Source: Lama guanicoe (Eukaryota). From it: a DNA stretch of 64,000 nt. Location: the NCBI GenBank assembly GCA_013239625.1, contig MU053629.1:2259567-2323566 (forward strand). Direction: 5' to 3'. The position numbers and the translations under genes are program-made. The notes beneath the pieces are model-generated. The model saw only the letters and a list, made by a program, of their open reading frames with translations, searched no databases and had not been told where the DNA came from. This document shows positions 50,401 through 63,770 of the stretch, in pieces (the stretch's first letter is position 1; every line of letters starts with the position of its first letter).

Positions 50401-53014
50401 ATCAATAAATGGCTGAGCCAGTGTAAGAGGGACGAAAGGGCTGCAGCGAAAAGACCCTTGGGTTGAAGTGGAAAAAGAAGTCCAGACTGGGAGGACCCTG
50501 GGGTGCGAGGGGACGTGGAGAACCCCTTCTGCCAGGCCACCATCTTCATGTGCCAGGCAGACCCCAGTGTGCCCCTGCCACCCACTCCCTCTGCAGATCA
50601 GAGGGTCCGGCAAGATGGCCTCATGCCAAGACACAGCAGGACTGAACCATCTCCCAGCCCCTTCCTGCAGGTCTGGTCCCTGCAGTCACACGCCAACGCT
50701 CCAGCTCAGGCTGAGCTCCCGGCAAAGGGCATGAGGTCGGCGTGTGCATGTTGGGGTACAGAAAGAATGAGTTTTCACCCTACTTTGTCCATTAGCTGCT
50801 GCCTTCTCTCTAAGTCACCTCCTTACCCCCAGGCACAGAAAAAAGCAGTGTTCCTTGTCCCCTGGGTTCAGAATAATCCCGAGTATCAACAGTATCCACT
50901 TCCCACATTCAGGCACCTACAGCCTCCACCTCTGGGGCTAGAGGAGCAGGAGGCAGGGAGGGGCTCTTAGAAGATAAAGAAAACATGCCACTACTCAGGA
51001 CAGAACTAGTTACCACCTGATCCAATCGCCTGTCATTAGCCTGTCTCCCCGCGAAAAAGCCAGTATCCTTTGAGATGCCCTCTTCTCCTTCCCAGGGAGG
51101 CCAGAAGACAGGAACTCAGGCACAATGAGGCCTCTAGCCTCAGAGAGGACCCGGTGCGGGGAGTGGGGGACCTAGGAAATCATGATATTAAATAATAACC
51201 AAGATACTCAGCATTTCTACAGCACTCCCTCTATGCTAACATGCTACCAACAGCCCCATAAAGTAGCCATGATCATCATCATTCCACAAAGAAAGCGAGA
51301 CAGAGAAGTCAAGTCACTTGCCCAAGGTCACACGGGTGTTGAAGAGCCAGGATTTGGACCGAGGCAGATGGACTGGGCGTGGACAACCACGGGGCGTGGG
51401 TAGCGGGAAAAAGCCGGAAAGGAAGACAAGAGGAGGGCACACAGCCCTGCGGCGTGGAGCTGAGGGACAGGTACCAATGCACCACTCCCAGCCAGCTGGG
51501 GGCCGCCCCACAAAGGGCAGAGGCGGCAGCTCTCCTGAATAATCTGACACCCTGACTGTCCCTGGCTCCCAACCTCTGCCTCATCATTGTCACGGCCCAG
51601 CATCTCAGAGCAGATGGGGTAGGACCTCCCCATCCGATCTGATCTTGCCCTCTCGTTTTACAGATAAGGATACACATGAGGCTCAGAGGTGAAGTTACCT
51701 GCCGAAGACCAGGAGGCTAACTGGTGACAAAGCTGGGATCAGAGGCAAGGAGTCCAGCAACACCTCGCAGGGCCTCTGGGGCTAAACTCCCAGCTGGGCT
51801 GGGAGCATCATCTGCCTTCTACACTCCGCGAGGTCAGAGAGGACCAGGACTGTCTCCACTCACCGTTCTGTGCCCACTGGAGAACGGGCTTGCGGTAAAT
51901 ACCCAAACACTGCCTCTTGAGAGGAAGATCCTTCCCAGCTTCCTACCCCCGATCAATGTTTCCGTTGTATGCGGTGCGCCACTGGGGACGAGTGCCAAGC
52001 TGACCCATGCATCTGCCTGGGTACCACCCAAGTTGCCAAGGCAGGAAGGACTTCACTGCAGGGGGAGCAGTTCGAGAGGGTAGCAGCCAGGAATCTGAAC
52101 TTTCCACCTGGAACTGGGCGATCCCAGGTCACTAAGCCCTTTAGAGGACCTGGGATGGACGCATACTTGGCCCTCCCTCAGGTAGAGCCCCCGATTCCTC
52201 CCACTTCAGCTTCCAGTTTCTGCCAACTCTCCCTCCTGGCTTTTCATGTCCTTTAATTCCTCATCCCTTTCCACTGTCCTGGCCAGGTGACCTGTCCCCT
52301 CCCTCTCAACAGCACAGCATACCCTGGCCCGGCCACCAGGCTGCTCTTCCTGAGCCTCAGCCCTTGGTCACTTGGCTGATGAGAGGCTGAGGTGGACTCA
52401 CCACTCTCCCTGGCCCTCCTGTGCTGCTGGCGGTGCCCTGTCACTGTGTCACAGAGGCACGGGCCAGTGTCTGACCACCTGCTCATGTCACAGTGGACAG
52501 CACCCACTCTCCATGAACACAAGAGCAGACACTCACCGGGCACCCCAGATGTTCCAGGCACAATCCCAGCACTTTACACATCTTAGCAACAACTTGAGGC
52601 AGATAATACTATTCTTATTTTTCCAGATGAGTTAAAAAAAAATTCCACACAGAAATCTTCCAGAGCATTCTAAAGTTCATAAAGACAGGAGGAGGCAGCG
52701 GCAGGTGGCCTGGCTCCGGGGACCACACTCTGGTTGGGGTCTGAATCACAGCCCTGTCACCACAGGCAGAAAGGGGCACAGCCTGCCCGTGGGTGTTTGG
52801 GGGCCGTGCAGCCACGCCGAGTCTTTCCACACTCAGCCTCCTGCCAAGAATCCTCGATGGGGTCTCACGCCTTATCCTCTCCTTCTTCTGTCAGATCCCA
52901 AACCCTAACAGTACTGTCCTGGAAGTTCCCCGGCAGCCCTGGGGAGATGGGTGGCCCTGGCCAGCTTAGAGCCTTCATTGTCCCCTTTCCTGCTTCTCCT
53001 CCAGACGGGCTTAC

Positions 53015-53160
53015 CTGAGTGTGGAGGGCGGCGGCGGCAGTGGCAGCTGGGTAGGTGAACGCAGCGTGTGAGATGGCTGGGGTCAGCTCTGTGGTGTAGA
53101 GAGGGTAGGGGGCCCAGGCCTCTGGGGATGCGGGGATCAGAGCAGCTCCCATGAGGTCAT
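53015..53160 (-). CDS. RBPMS2: RBPMS2 coding exon (Y)[21 protein letters not shown]...AAAALHTQ
   Basis: In ORF 52865-53215; ttttacag acceptor, gtaagc donor. Confidence 0.93.
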
Positions 53161-53669
53161 CTGTAAAAGAGACGACAGCCCCCAGCGTCAGACCACTGGT
53201 GCCTCCCTCTGCCACTCCATTCCAAACAGAGAAGGGGACCCAGCACTATGGTTGAGCACAAATTCCCTACTCAGGCCAGGCTCCCCTCAAGGACCCCAAG
53301 ACCGGGCAAGAAGCCATGTTAACTTGGCCAGGCTTGGTGAACATCCTGTCTGCTTCAAGAAGCCCACAAAAGGCCTCCACTCATCTCAAACAACAGAGAT
53401 CAGAGAAGGCTTCTGGGAAGCTGGGCAATGCTGACAGCTCAGGAGCTCAGTCTGAGGTCCAGCAAAGGCTGCAGGGGAGGAAGGAAGTGTGGGCCCCGCA
53501 GGGATGAGGGATGATGGATGCAAGAAGCCTCCTGGAAAAGGGGCAGGCAGGCAGGACTGATTCCCTCAGTGAGAGCCCCAGCGTCACCCTCTATGTGCAA
53601 CTCCACCCACTAGGGCCCACAGCTCAGCCAGCTCAAGGGCCGCAGGTGGCTGCCCTAAGTGCCACTCAC

Positions 53670-53820
53670 AGGGGTCCCGTGCGATGAAGTGTGCTCCTAG
53701 GGCGGGGTGAGCGTTGGTGGGATTTGGTGTAGCCATTAGCTTGTTCTTGGCCATCTTGGTGTTGGCTTTGGCAAACTCTAGCCTCAGGGTCTGCGGGTTC
53801 TCAGGATCAAAGCGAATACC
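53670..53820 (-). CDS. RBPMS2: RBPMS2 coding exon [22 protein letters not shown]...GAHFIARDP
   Basis: Acceptor ccttctcacatag, donor gtgagt; end of the RRM; 151 nt, phase-consistent. Confidence 0.93.
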
Positions 53821-54142
53821 CTATGTGAGAAGGAAAGGAAGAGAAAGACTTCACTCTGCGGGACCCAGACTATCCACTGCAGTGGGTACCAAGGGGCCTC
53901 AGAAATAATCCAGCCTGGACGCCCCACCCACATGAGGGCCAAGAGAGGACACGCTGCTCGGGCCTTGCGAGTAGTGGCGTTTGGCACAGGTGGGGCTGCC
54001 AGAGACTCTGCCCTGGGATGGCTGGGGAAGGTACAGCCGTGGGCCCTTCCCATGGGCGTGGAGTGGGGGAAGGTTTGCAGAAGACACCCACTCCCTAGAA
54101 GTCTGTGGATCAGAGAAGGGCCTGTTCTCTCCACCTACTCAC

Positions 54143-54205
54143 GTTCAGTGCATTCTTGGCTGCTTCTGCTCCTGCCCGGCTGTCAAAGATCACAAAACCA
54201 ACAGG
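54143..54205 (-). CDS. RBPMS2: RBPMS2 coding exon [21 protein letters not shown] (RNP1)
   Basis: Acceptor ctttttcctactag, donor gtgagt; 63 nt. Confidence 0.93.
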
Positions 54206-54923
54206 CTAGTAGGAAAAAGAGAGAATACCCTTGCATCTCTCCCAACATCCGTCTCCCCCTCAAACACACAAACAACAAAGTACAAAAAATATGTAATTCT
54301 TGTCCATGTCCTCCCTATGTTCAGCTGGAACAGAAGAAGGTTCTCGGGCACCAAAACTCTCCCACCCAGGTACCACGCTGTGGGAAATGATGCCCCAAAA
54401 GCTTCCTCCCACTGTATTAAACTTCACCCTTTCAGTAAGAAAAAAATTTTTTAAACGCATGCAGAGAATTATGAGTAGATTTCAGTGTCTTCTCCAGCAA
54501 GAACAAGGACACCAATGTATCAAGGACATGGGAGGGCTGCAGGTCAATCAAGGGGCAACAGGTTCAAAACTTCTCCAACTTCAATTTGCCAAAGTTCAGT
54601 CCAGACCCGAAATGGCCCCTGAAGGCTCTAGGCCCAGGACTTCTGGTGTCAGAAGCCAGAGCACAGTCACCACCTCTATGATCTGCAGCCTTGGGGCCAG
54701 GCTGTGGTTTCTCAAGAGCCAGAGAATGAGGACCAGGAGCTGACTGGTAAGGAGAAGGGACCAATGGAGGCCACCCTTTCGTCAGCCCAGGACAGAGTCG
54801 GGGTGACAGGGCACAGGTCTCAGCTGCCAGATGCCTCAAGATTGAGGAAAAGACAACAGGCTGGGTTCCAAGCCCAGCAGTCGACCTGGGCTGGCAGGAA
54901 GGAAAACCTTGGAGAGAAATTAC

Positions 54924-54962
54924 CTGTCTTGATGTGAGCTTGATCAGGGACCCTTCATACCC
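54924..54962 (-). CDS. RBPMS2: RBPMS2 39-nt coding exon GYEGSLIKLTSRQ
   Basis: Acceptor ctctctttgcag, donor gtaatt; matches the start of ORF 54564-54968. Confidence 0.92.
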
Positions 54963-55542
54963 CTGCAAAGAGAGGTGGTCATTAACAGGGAAGGTCGGAA
55001 ACCTTTGTTGTGCTCCCCTGGCCCCCCGACCCCTGACAGCAGCCCCACCTTTCCCCAGCGCTCGCCTGTATCACACTCACTCTTCCCCTCACGAAGGCGA
55101 CCCTCCCTGACCTCCACTGCTGCTGAACGCCGTGGCCCTCACGTCCCACATCACGCGGCCCAGCACACGGGTGAGCATCACGCGGTAGCATCCATCCTCT
55201 CACGCGTAAACTCCCCTTTGCTCCATTAGCCTGTCATCTGGAAGCAGACCTTACCTTTTTAAGCTTTCTTATCTGCAAATTGGAAATGCTACACTGAATC
55301 TCGAAGATTTCTTACAGGGCAAAGCCTACTGAGAGTCTCCTTTACAGATGAGAAAACAGAGGCTCAGAAGGGTTTTAAGCAACTGATAGAAAGCAGTGTG
55401 TGAATCAGCAGCACCAGGACAGAGAGCCAGGTCTGCGATCAGTTTCTGATAGTTTCCTGCTACCCAATCCAGGTCTGAGATTTACCGCGGACACTTCTCC
55501 CCCATCCTAGGCTCTGCGCTCGGTGGCTGGGTCCAGACTCAC

Positions 55543-55620
55543 CTTGAACGGCCTGAAGAGCAGGTAGAGTTCTCTGGGTTTAATGTCCACAGGAAGGCCA
55601 CTGACGAACAGCGTCCGGAC
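55543..55620 (-). CDS. RBPMS2: RBPMS2 coding exon [26 protein letters not shown] (RNP2, start of the RRM)
   Basis: Acceptor tgtccccag, donor gtgagt; in ORF 55507-55767. The first exon with the ATG was not found in the window. Confidence 0.94.
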
Positions 55621-58600
55621 CTGGGGACACAGACGACAGTGGTCAGAGCCAGGCCGACAGAAGAACAAGGATGACAGCTCTCCCTTCAAGAAGGAACTGG
55701 AATCCTTCCAGAGTTTAAGGAAGAATTCAGGATTTCCCGGGACTCCTTTGGAGGCCGAAGCGAACAAGCACCCAGAGTCTCACAGCATGTTACTTTGCAG
55801 AGCCCTTTCTGCACACTCTCCTTTCTCTGGCTCATCCTGCAGGTGTCACAAGAAGCCCAGGTGAACTCGCTGAGCATCTCTGTGCAGACTCTCTGCTGCC
55901 GAACAGAACAACTAAGTGCACAGGCCAAGGACCCCTCTGAGCCCTGAAGAAAGCCATGGTGTCTAACCTCCAAGAAATGCACAAACAGGAACACTGTTTT
56001 TCAGAAGATGCCCACGGACCCCTGGTGGAGAGGCTCTGTGTGGTCTGGGGGAGAGGCAAAGCTGTGAACTCGTGCCCGGGAGTGAATTCGGAGGGCCCAG
56101 CACCGTCACGTCCAGCTCCTCCTGCTTCCTGCACTAGATGCAGGCTCTTCAGTGGCCGGGAATGCACTGTATTCCTGCCTCTGTGCCTAGCTCTTAGCAT
56201 GGTGCTGGTACCGTTTACTGAATATGGGACCCGGGGAAGGAATCAGAGATGGAACAATGATGCTAGCTTTTGAACAATGAGTAGGATCTCATCAGCTCCA
56301 AGAGAGGCACAGAGAAGATGCTGTAAGTTATGAGCCTGGCCCTCAACATGGTTACAAGTTGGTGGTGAAACCAGGTCTCGACAAGACATCAGGTGTCCAG
56401 CCTGTGACTCCGGCCAAGCCTGACCTCCTGAACTGTGGATGAGGTCCAAGGTCCAGGAGAGGGCTGGCAGCAACACCTCCCTAATTCTCCACTGTTGGTT
56501 AAATGCTGCTGGCACCCAATGCTAACTAGTGAGGCCAGATCAGCCAATAATTATAATGGGGGAGAGAGGATTCTCCATAGTTCAGATCCATTAAAAATAC
56601 ATCTTGAAACTGTGCTTTCCTGAGCAAGGAAAAATCGGAAAGAGTAGAGCCCCATACACTGAACTCCTGTTTCAAGTCACATCTCCTACCGCTAAAGCCA
56701 AACTTGGGTCTTATCAACTCATCACTGTTGGTTTAACAAGTTCACGGGCCGCAGCCCACTCATCCCATGGCCATTCCTGAAAGCATTTAGATGCCCTTCA
56801 GTGGGCCACATCCCTCTCCAGAGGCAGCAAAGAACTTCCTCCAAACTCTAGTGATGGCGGGCCGAGTGGGCCCCAGGTAATAGCCTTTTTGGGGATAATA
56901 GCTTAAATCAGGGACCCCGGGGCAGTCAGGTAAAGTTACACCTGACAGACAGACACACACACCAATACACATGTCAACAACAGAGCCAGAGACGGCAAAG
57001 GAAACCAGCCCCGGAGCCACCCATAACCAGTGTCGCCACCCCGACCCACAAAGGAATGGCTCCCAGCCTGCAGCTGGTAGCAAACAGGCAAGGACGGCTT
57101 CTTCCCTCATGTGAGTTTTTGCCAAGAAGCAAACCCAGCAGAACCCCTTGCCAGTTAGGGTGCCTCTCCCCGCTTTGGTGATGCCTTTCCTCGCCAGACA
57201 CGCCTCTGCTCCCAGCAGCTCTGTGTCCCTACACGCACAGCTCTCAAGTGCTACCCTGTTTTAGAGCATCAGGGAGAAACCGGGGAGCCCAGGCTTCAGG
57301 AGCTCTGGAGCTCCTGGAATCCAGACAAACACCCAGCTGTCCTTGGAAGGAAGGCCTTTACTTTATATGTAAGCCCCTAGACAGAAGTGACCCGCTCAGG
57401 TTACACAGCTTGTTTTTTTAAAGGCAGCAGACTTAGGACTCAAAACCCAGGTCTCCCTCCTGACTACTCACCTGGACTGGTAGAGATGGCACTTGCTTCT
57501 GGGTGCCAGGACTTGGGTGCCCGGCCCACCAGAGAGGATGGAGTACCAGCCAGTCCGCGCCCTGCTGGACGGGCCTGGATCTGCGCTCCTCCCCCTCCCC
57601 GGGCTGGTGGGACGTGCTCTGGGTCAAAGACGTGGAGCCAGCGCTGCCCCACAGAAACCTCTCCTCGGTTCTCCCCAGTGGCCACCCATTTCACGCAGGC
57701 TAATTTTAAACCCTTCCTCAGATGGCTCCTTTTTGGCCAGACCTCCCCAGAGGCCCCCTTAAATAGAAAGTTCTCAGCACAAAGTTTCCTGCTTAGGGCA
57801 GTGAGCACAGGGACTCTTTCCCTCATTCCCAGCTCAGACCCTTGTTTCCAGCCTTCTCTCTGGGCGAGATGGCGCTTTTCCTCCGCTTTCCACCTTTCAG
57901 GTTGTAAAGGTGCAATACAGGTCTCATCTTACCCCTGGCCACCCCCCAGGAAACAAGCGGACTTCAGTGCAGTTACGGGTTAGGTGGTGGGTCTGTAGCG
58001 CCAGCTCACAGACCCTTGGCTGGGTGGCTAAGTCACAGGGAGTCTGACCTGAAAGCTCTCCTTGCTTCTTACGTGACCCTGGACACCCCAGCAGGTGACA
58101 TGCCCTCTGCCTATCCCCTTGTGCAGTCAGGGAAACAGAGGCCCAGAAAGGGCTCATGCAGCTTGCTTCAGCAAGGAGCAGAGCTGGATGAGCCCCAAGA
58201 ACGCTGGCTCGGCTGTCTGTGCTGTCCACCTGGCTGTGGGGACAGAAGGAGCTGCAGCTGGGCAGCATCGTCGGCCCCGTGGATGGGGACCATGATGCCG
58301 CACATCTCTTCAGTAGCCAGTTCCTTCCCTGGGTGCCTGTTTAGGATGACAGCAGAGCTGGAGGGACGGTAAGCACGAGCTCAGCAGGCTGGCCAGCCAC
58401 AGGCTGAGAGGACAAGAAGCTCGAGTCGTCCCCCCTACCCCAACCCTGCCAGCCCATCTACTCCAGGCTCCCAACAAGCACCCCCACAGGCCTGCTGCAA
58501 GGCAGCTGCTCACGCTGCCCCTCCCCCCTCCCCTTCCACCTTCCTTTAAAAGGGCACCCATCCTTCAGGTCCCTCTATTTCATCTCCCCCTCTTCCTTCC

Positions 58601-59204
58601 TCTAAAGTCTTACGGGGCCCTCAGGACCCACCAGTCTGAGCTCACCCGGACAGGAGGCTAGTCTCAAAACTCTCCTACTCTCCGAGGTGCCTAGCGTCTC
58701 AATGTTCAACCTCCCCTATCCCCAGACACCTCAGGCCCTCCAAAGAGAGGACTCACGGGCAGAGACAGACGTGGCCCAGCCTGGCAGAGAGATGCCATAA
58801 ATGGGAACGGCTTTAGTTAGTGAGACCAGAGTTTGCACCCCGGCTTTCTGCTTGGCTTGGCAAAGCGGTGTCATCCCTCTGAATCTCAGTTGCTTTATCT
58901 GTTCCACACGGATACCATCTACCTCCAGGATGAAGAGCACACTTTCCTCTAGGCCCAGCACCCAGGAGAGGCTCCACAAAATGCTCGCTCACTTAGGGTT
59001 TCTATAATCTCAGCATTCACCCGTGCAAAAACTTCACCTATCAGGCACTGCAAGCCATTTAGATAAAAGGTTGCCTAGTGAGGCTGGATTGGGTCCAGAC
59101 CAGCCTGGAGCTGGAAATGTGGGTGAGAAGACCTAAGGTAGTCACTGGATTCTTTAGTGACCCTCTTCCCCAGGGAGGTCATGTCCCAAGTGGAAAGCAC
59201 CATG

Positions 59205-59300
59205 GAGATTAGCTAGTTCAACACTCCCATTTTACAGATGAGGAAACTGAGGCTCAGAATAGGAGGTGACAAGGCAAGCTAGTGGCACAGTCAGGATCCT
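59205..59300 (+). mobile_element. MIR SINE fragment (one of many; similar cores near 5630, 7700, 18100, 51650, 55340)
   Basis: MIR core cccattttacagatgaggaaactgaggctcaga. Confidence 0.7.
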
Positions 59301-62300
59301 TAGGGATGGGAGGGGCAGAGACATACAGTTACTTTTCCAAGGCCCAGCTAACTAGTCCTGTGTCCCAGACCAGCACTGGAGACCACTCCTCCCACGCTAC
59401 TTGCCGGGGCAGCCCCAGGGCAGTCAGCTACAACGTTCAGCAAAGAGACTGGGTACAGACAAGGATTCAGAATCCATCCACTGTTGATGCCAAGGCAGAA
59501 AGATCAACCAAAGAGCCCGCATCCTGCCTACTCCACAAGTTTATCACAAGAACTCAACACAAAAATGTTTTAAGGTACTTGAAGGAAGTGTAAGGGGAGG
59601 TTCACACCATCCCAGGCTGCTGGAAGGCACCTGGGCCCTTCTTCCATACATTCACCCTTTTCCAGAAGCATCCAGATAACCCAAGGGATTATCTCCCTCC
59701 TCTCCTGAAACATGGAAAGCAACCACAGTCCTGTTAAAATGGTCACCTTCGTGGCAAGTACCCGCAGACGGGGCTGGACCATGGCCACATCCCTGGCATA
59801 GTTGGAAGTCTGGAACAGGGTAGAGAGAGAGGGTTTTGGGGAGAGGTAGAGAAAGGGTGGAGAATCCTTAGAGGCCAGTGAAAGAAGATACATGTTGAGG
59901 AACCCACCAGAGGTACCAAATTCAACACGGACAAGTAGCTTAGCCAGACAGGTGTCCCCACACAAAGCATCACAGGCATGCTGTGTGGCCTTCATGATGG
60001 TCAGGAGCAGCCTTGGCCTTGCTGGAGGTCCCAGCCAGAGCCAGGCCTGCCTAGGGCAAATCACCTGGCCTGTGGCACAACCGTCCAGCACAGCTTTGGG
60101 GGCTCCCAAGGCTGCTCTTCCCTCAAGCAATCCCGGCTGCCTCTCTTTCCCTGGGGTTGCTGGGAGGGCGAGGTGGGGATCCAGACCGCAGGCTCTCACC
60201 GTGGGCAGACTCCCTGGGCTTGTCCAGGTCTTTGCTGTGTGCTCTTGGGCCCTTGCCCTCCAGCCAGTGCTGGATCTCCAGTGCCTGGGGCTCCTCGCCT
60301 CCTCCTCGAGAGTTCCCCCATCTCACTCCAGGGCTCCAGGCATGGGGAGAGAAGGGCGGCCCCTGAGCCTCAAAGGAAACGGCGGCCCCCACCCTCAGCC
60401 TTATTCTTGAGGCCCTCGGGGAGGAAACAGCCCCTTCAAGGAGCCCCTCCAGCACATTTTCAAACACAACAGAGGACCAGGCCCCCGCGCTGTGCAGCCC
60501 TTCCCTTGTCAAGTCTTCCTCCTCCCGCTGCAGCCCTCCCCAGCCCAGGGGCAAGATGACTTTCTAGAGAGAAGCAGAAAGGGGCTCTGACAAACTCATT
60601 CCTACCTGTGTGTCAGTAATGTTCTTCCTCCAGACAAACTGACAGTTGTTTACAGATCTTCAGAAAAAATGAAATCAAACAAAAGCCTCCAGGAGCAAGG
60701 TGACAGTGACACCTGAGGCATCAGCCTAAAAGCACAGATCCAGGCTTCTGCAGAAGACGCTTCCAGGCAGGACTTGACCTCTTTTTATCAGCCCAGGTGG
60801 ACAACTCTCTCGGCCTGGACACGCTCACCGGCACGCCTGTAATTCCGGTGCCCCCGGGCCAGGCCAGCTCCCTCGGCAGTGGCTGCCCAGAGGTCTCCGT
60901 CCTCCCCTGGGTCCACACAGGGCCCAGCTCACCCTGGGGCCCTGCAGGAGTCAAGGGAAATGGGCTGTCGGGCGGAGGAGAGGGCAGGGGGTGTTCTACA
61001 CAGAGGAAAGCCTCTGTGGGACAGGACTGGGGCATAGGGGCCATGGGGCCATGCCATGGGGCCCTTCCTCCTGTAGCGGAGGGGACCCCACACTCAGTCC
61101 GGTCAGGCTGGGGCCCAGCCGTTCCACCTGCCCCAGGTGTGTGCCCTCCTCTGTACGGCTCTGTAGCTCTGCCTGCCCCAGCCTTCCTGACACAAAAGAT
61201 TTCCTTCATACCGAGCAGTAAGTACTCAACTTCTCAGTTAAGAGGGGCGGTAGGATATTGTGGCTGAGAGGATGGGCTCCATAGGTACCAACTTTTAATA
61301 GAGACAGAAAGGGTAAATACCTGTCAAAACCTGCGGTATATCCATTGATATTAACCCCCTTATCCTTTAACTCCAAAGGACAAACACAGCTTCCTCCCAA
61401 CCCCTGGCCTTGTACTCTCCAGGACAGCACCCAGGACTCCAGGGACCTTCCTCCTGGGAGACAGACCTTTGTCCACAAAGGATGCTGCGGTAGGAAAACA
61501 TTAGGGCCACCTTCACCCTTCCCCCACCCCCAGATAAATCCCACAGTCCACCAGGAACACTCCCCACTAGAAGACAGACTCTTAGCTTCTAGGTGAATCG
61601 TTGCCTCACAAGGCTGGGAAACTTGACTCTGGGCAACGGAAACATCATACCAAAGAGATAAAAATGGTTTTTGAAAATTGATTCTTTGTAAGCAATCCTT
61701 TAGCATCTCTGAAAGTTAGCATCCAATGTGCAAAGGAAACTATTTCAATTGTCCACTCCATCAAAATGTTCAAGAAGCTGCTGGCTTTGAGCCCTGCCTA
61801 CCAGCCGCTTAGTGGTGTCATCCGCATGGAAAACACCACTTCCCGAAGAGGGAAATCCCAATAGGGAAAAATAAGCCTCTCATAAGCCCCTCCCACATCC
61901 TTTCCCAACTCCCAGCCCTCTGCAACAACCAAAATGCAGAATATCTGAGTTGGAAGAAACTTTATTTTTAGGTGAAGAAACCAAGGACCAGGGGCCCAGT
62001 GAGTCGCTGGCAGTCACCGAGCATGCCAGAAGCATCCCCAGTATCCCCAGGTGACTGGCTCCCAAGTCAATGCTCTTGCAGACCTTGATCTCACACCAAC
62101 CCACTCAGACCCCCATGGGGTCAGCCTTAGGCGCCCAGAACAAGTGACCTTCAGCTTCTGAGCCAAAAGGGCAGAAACAGTCCCCAGCAGAAGGCTGACT
62201 GGGGGTTGGGAGCAGGGCTGCAGGGTCCCACTGGATGATCCTACGGTCAGTCCTAAACAACTGGTTACAGGGAGGTCAAAGGGAAGACTTTGACCTGGGA

Positions 62301-62584
62301 GACAGCCAACTCCCAGCAGCTGAGTGGGAGCAGCCTTGCGGGGCAGGGGGCTAGAGTAGGGCCCCCTGCAGCCCCAAGAAGCCCTGAGTCCAAACAAAAG
62401 CCTGGGCCATTGCATCTCAGTGTCTCACTGCCACCCCCCACCAGCCAGATCACAGGAGTTTACGAGCTGCAGGCTGCATTATAGAAAGCTTGCAGCTTTT
62501 GTGATAGAATGATACTGAAGGTCCTTTTGAAACTTGTACCAGCCATCGTCACACCCAGCTCAGCTCTGGCTTCTCCAAGGGCAA

Positions 62585-62711
62585 GTGTGGAAAAGTCTAG
62601 ACTTAGGGGCTGCTCCACAGTGTCTGACTGCCCCTGCTAATTCCAGCCCCAAATCCCATGTATCAGGGCTTGGCTCTAAGGCCCCGCCCTGGGCAGTACT
62701 CTGTAGTTCCA
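62585..62711 (+). repeat. Local direct duplication, copy 1
   Basis: 127 bp matching 63644-63770 with 7 mismatches; 62616-62703 is identical to 63675-63762. Confidence 0.92.
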
Positions 62712-63643
62712 GTTCCTTTATACCTACCATCGGCATGTGAGCCTGACATGGAGAACCAAGACGTGGAACTCAGGCTCTGCAAACAAACCAGATGTGGAAG
62801 CAAACAAACAAAAAAGAATTTTAAACCAACTGTCAGGGAGGCTGGGTTGCAGTCCCAGCCCTGCCGCCAACCAGGCAGGTGGCTTCATGGCCTTCCCCGC
62901 TGCCTCAGCTCTAAAGAGGAGGGGTGGGCTAGACTCTGGGTCCTTCACCCTCTGAACTTCTAAGATACCAGGGAATTGGGAGAAGGTGATGGAGTCTCAG
63001 GATAAGGCTCAGGCACTGCCCTCCATCTGCTCAGAGCTCCGATGCTTTCCTCTTACCCACAGGAAGGCAAAGAAAGTGGTGAAGAAGGAGACAGACTGAG
63101 AGGATGAGAGAGCAGGATGTCAGGAGCCAGGCCCCGGGCCGAGTTGGGTCTGGGGGTTTGAGAGGGGTCTCTGCTGGGGCAGCAGTGTGGCTGCCAAACA
63201 GAAGCCTCAGGGCCATCACTCTACCCCTGTAAGATCTCAGTGGTCCGTGCGTTTCCTTTTGTGCATGTACGTAGGGGGTGGGGTGGGGGTTGGGTTCTGC
63301 CTGGGTCTCATGCTTAGGCTTGGCACTGGCAGGTCACTCTTACCCCTCCCTGGGGAAATAAGTCCCTCTGAGTGGGGCCACTTGACGAGAGGTGGATGGA
63401 ATGTGGTGACATGGCCTGCAGACCCAGGACTTATAAGGGCTGAACAAGGACACAGGGAGAAAGAGCAAGCAGATACAGCCTGACAGTACAGCAAGCAGAT
63501 ACAAACACACATGCTCCCAGAGCCCTGTGCCTCCCGGGTCCCCCAAGGGGCTCTGGGCTGCTCAGCTCCCAGGCTGGGACTGCCCAGATGCCCTCCAGTC
63601 AGCTCCCACTAGGATACCACCAATGTCATCAGAGTCTGACCTG

Positions 63644-63770
63644 GTGTGGAGAAGTCCAGGCTCAGGGGCTGTTGCACAGTGTCTGACTGCCCCTGCTAAT
63701 TCCAGCCCCAAATCCCATGTATCAGGGCTTGGCTCTAAGGCCCCGCCCTGGGCAGTACTCTGCAGTTCCA
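63644..63770 (+). repeat. Local direct duplication, copy 2
   Basis: See copy 1; offset 1059 bp. Confidence 0.92.

Noticed and set aside
55070..55210. CAC-rich tract as an RBPMS2 autoregulatory binding site
   Set aside because: The CAC motifs are on the + strand; the RBPMS2 pre-mRNA is the - strand and reads GUG here.
58795..58804. Perfect CArG box CCATAAATGG in RBPMS2 intron 1 (another, CCTTTTATGG, at 40610-40619)
   Set aside because: Attractive for a smooth-muscle gene, but about four CC(A/T)6GG matches are expected by chance in 64 kb; needs conservation or SRF ChIP data.
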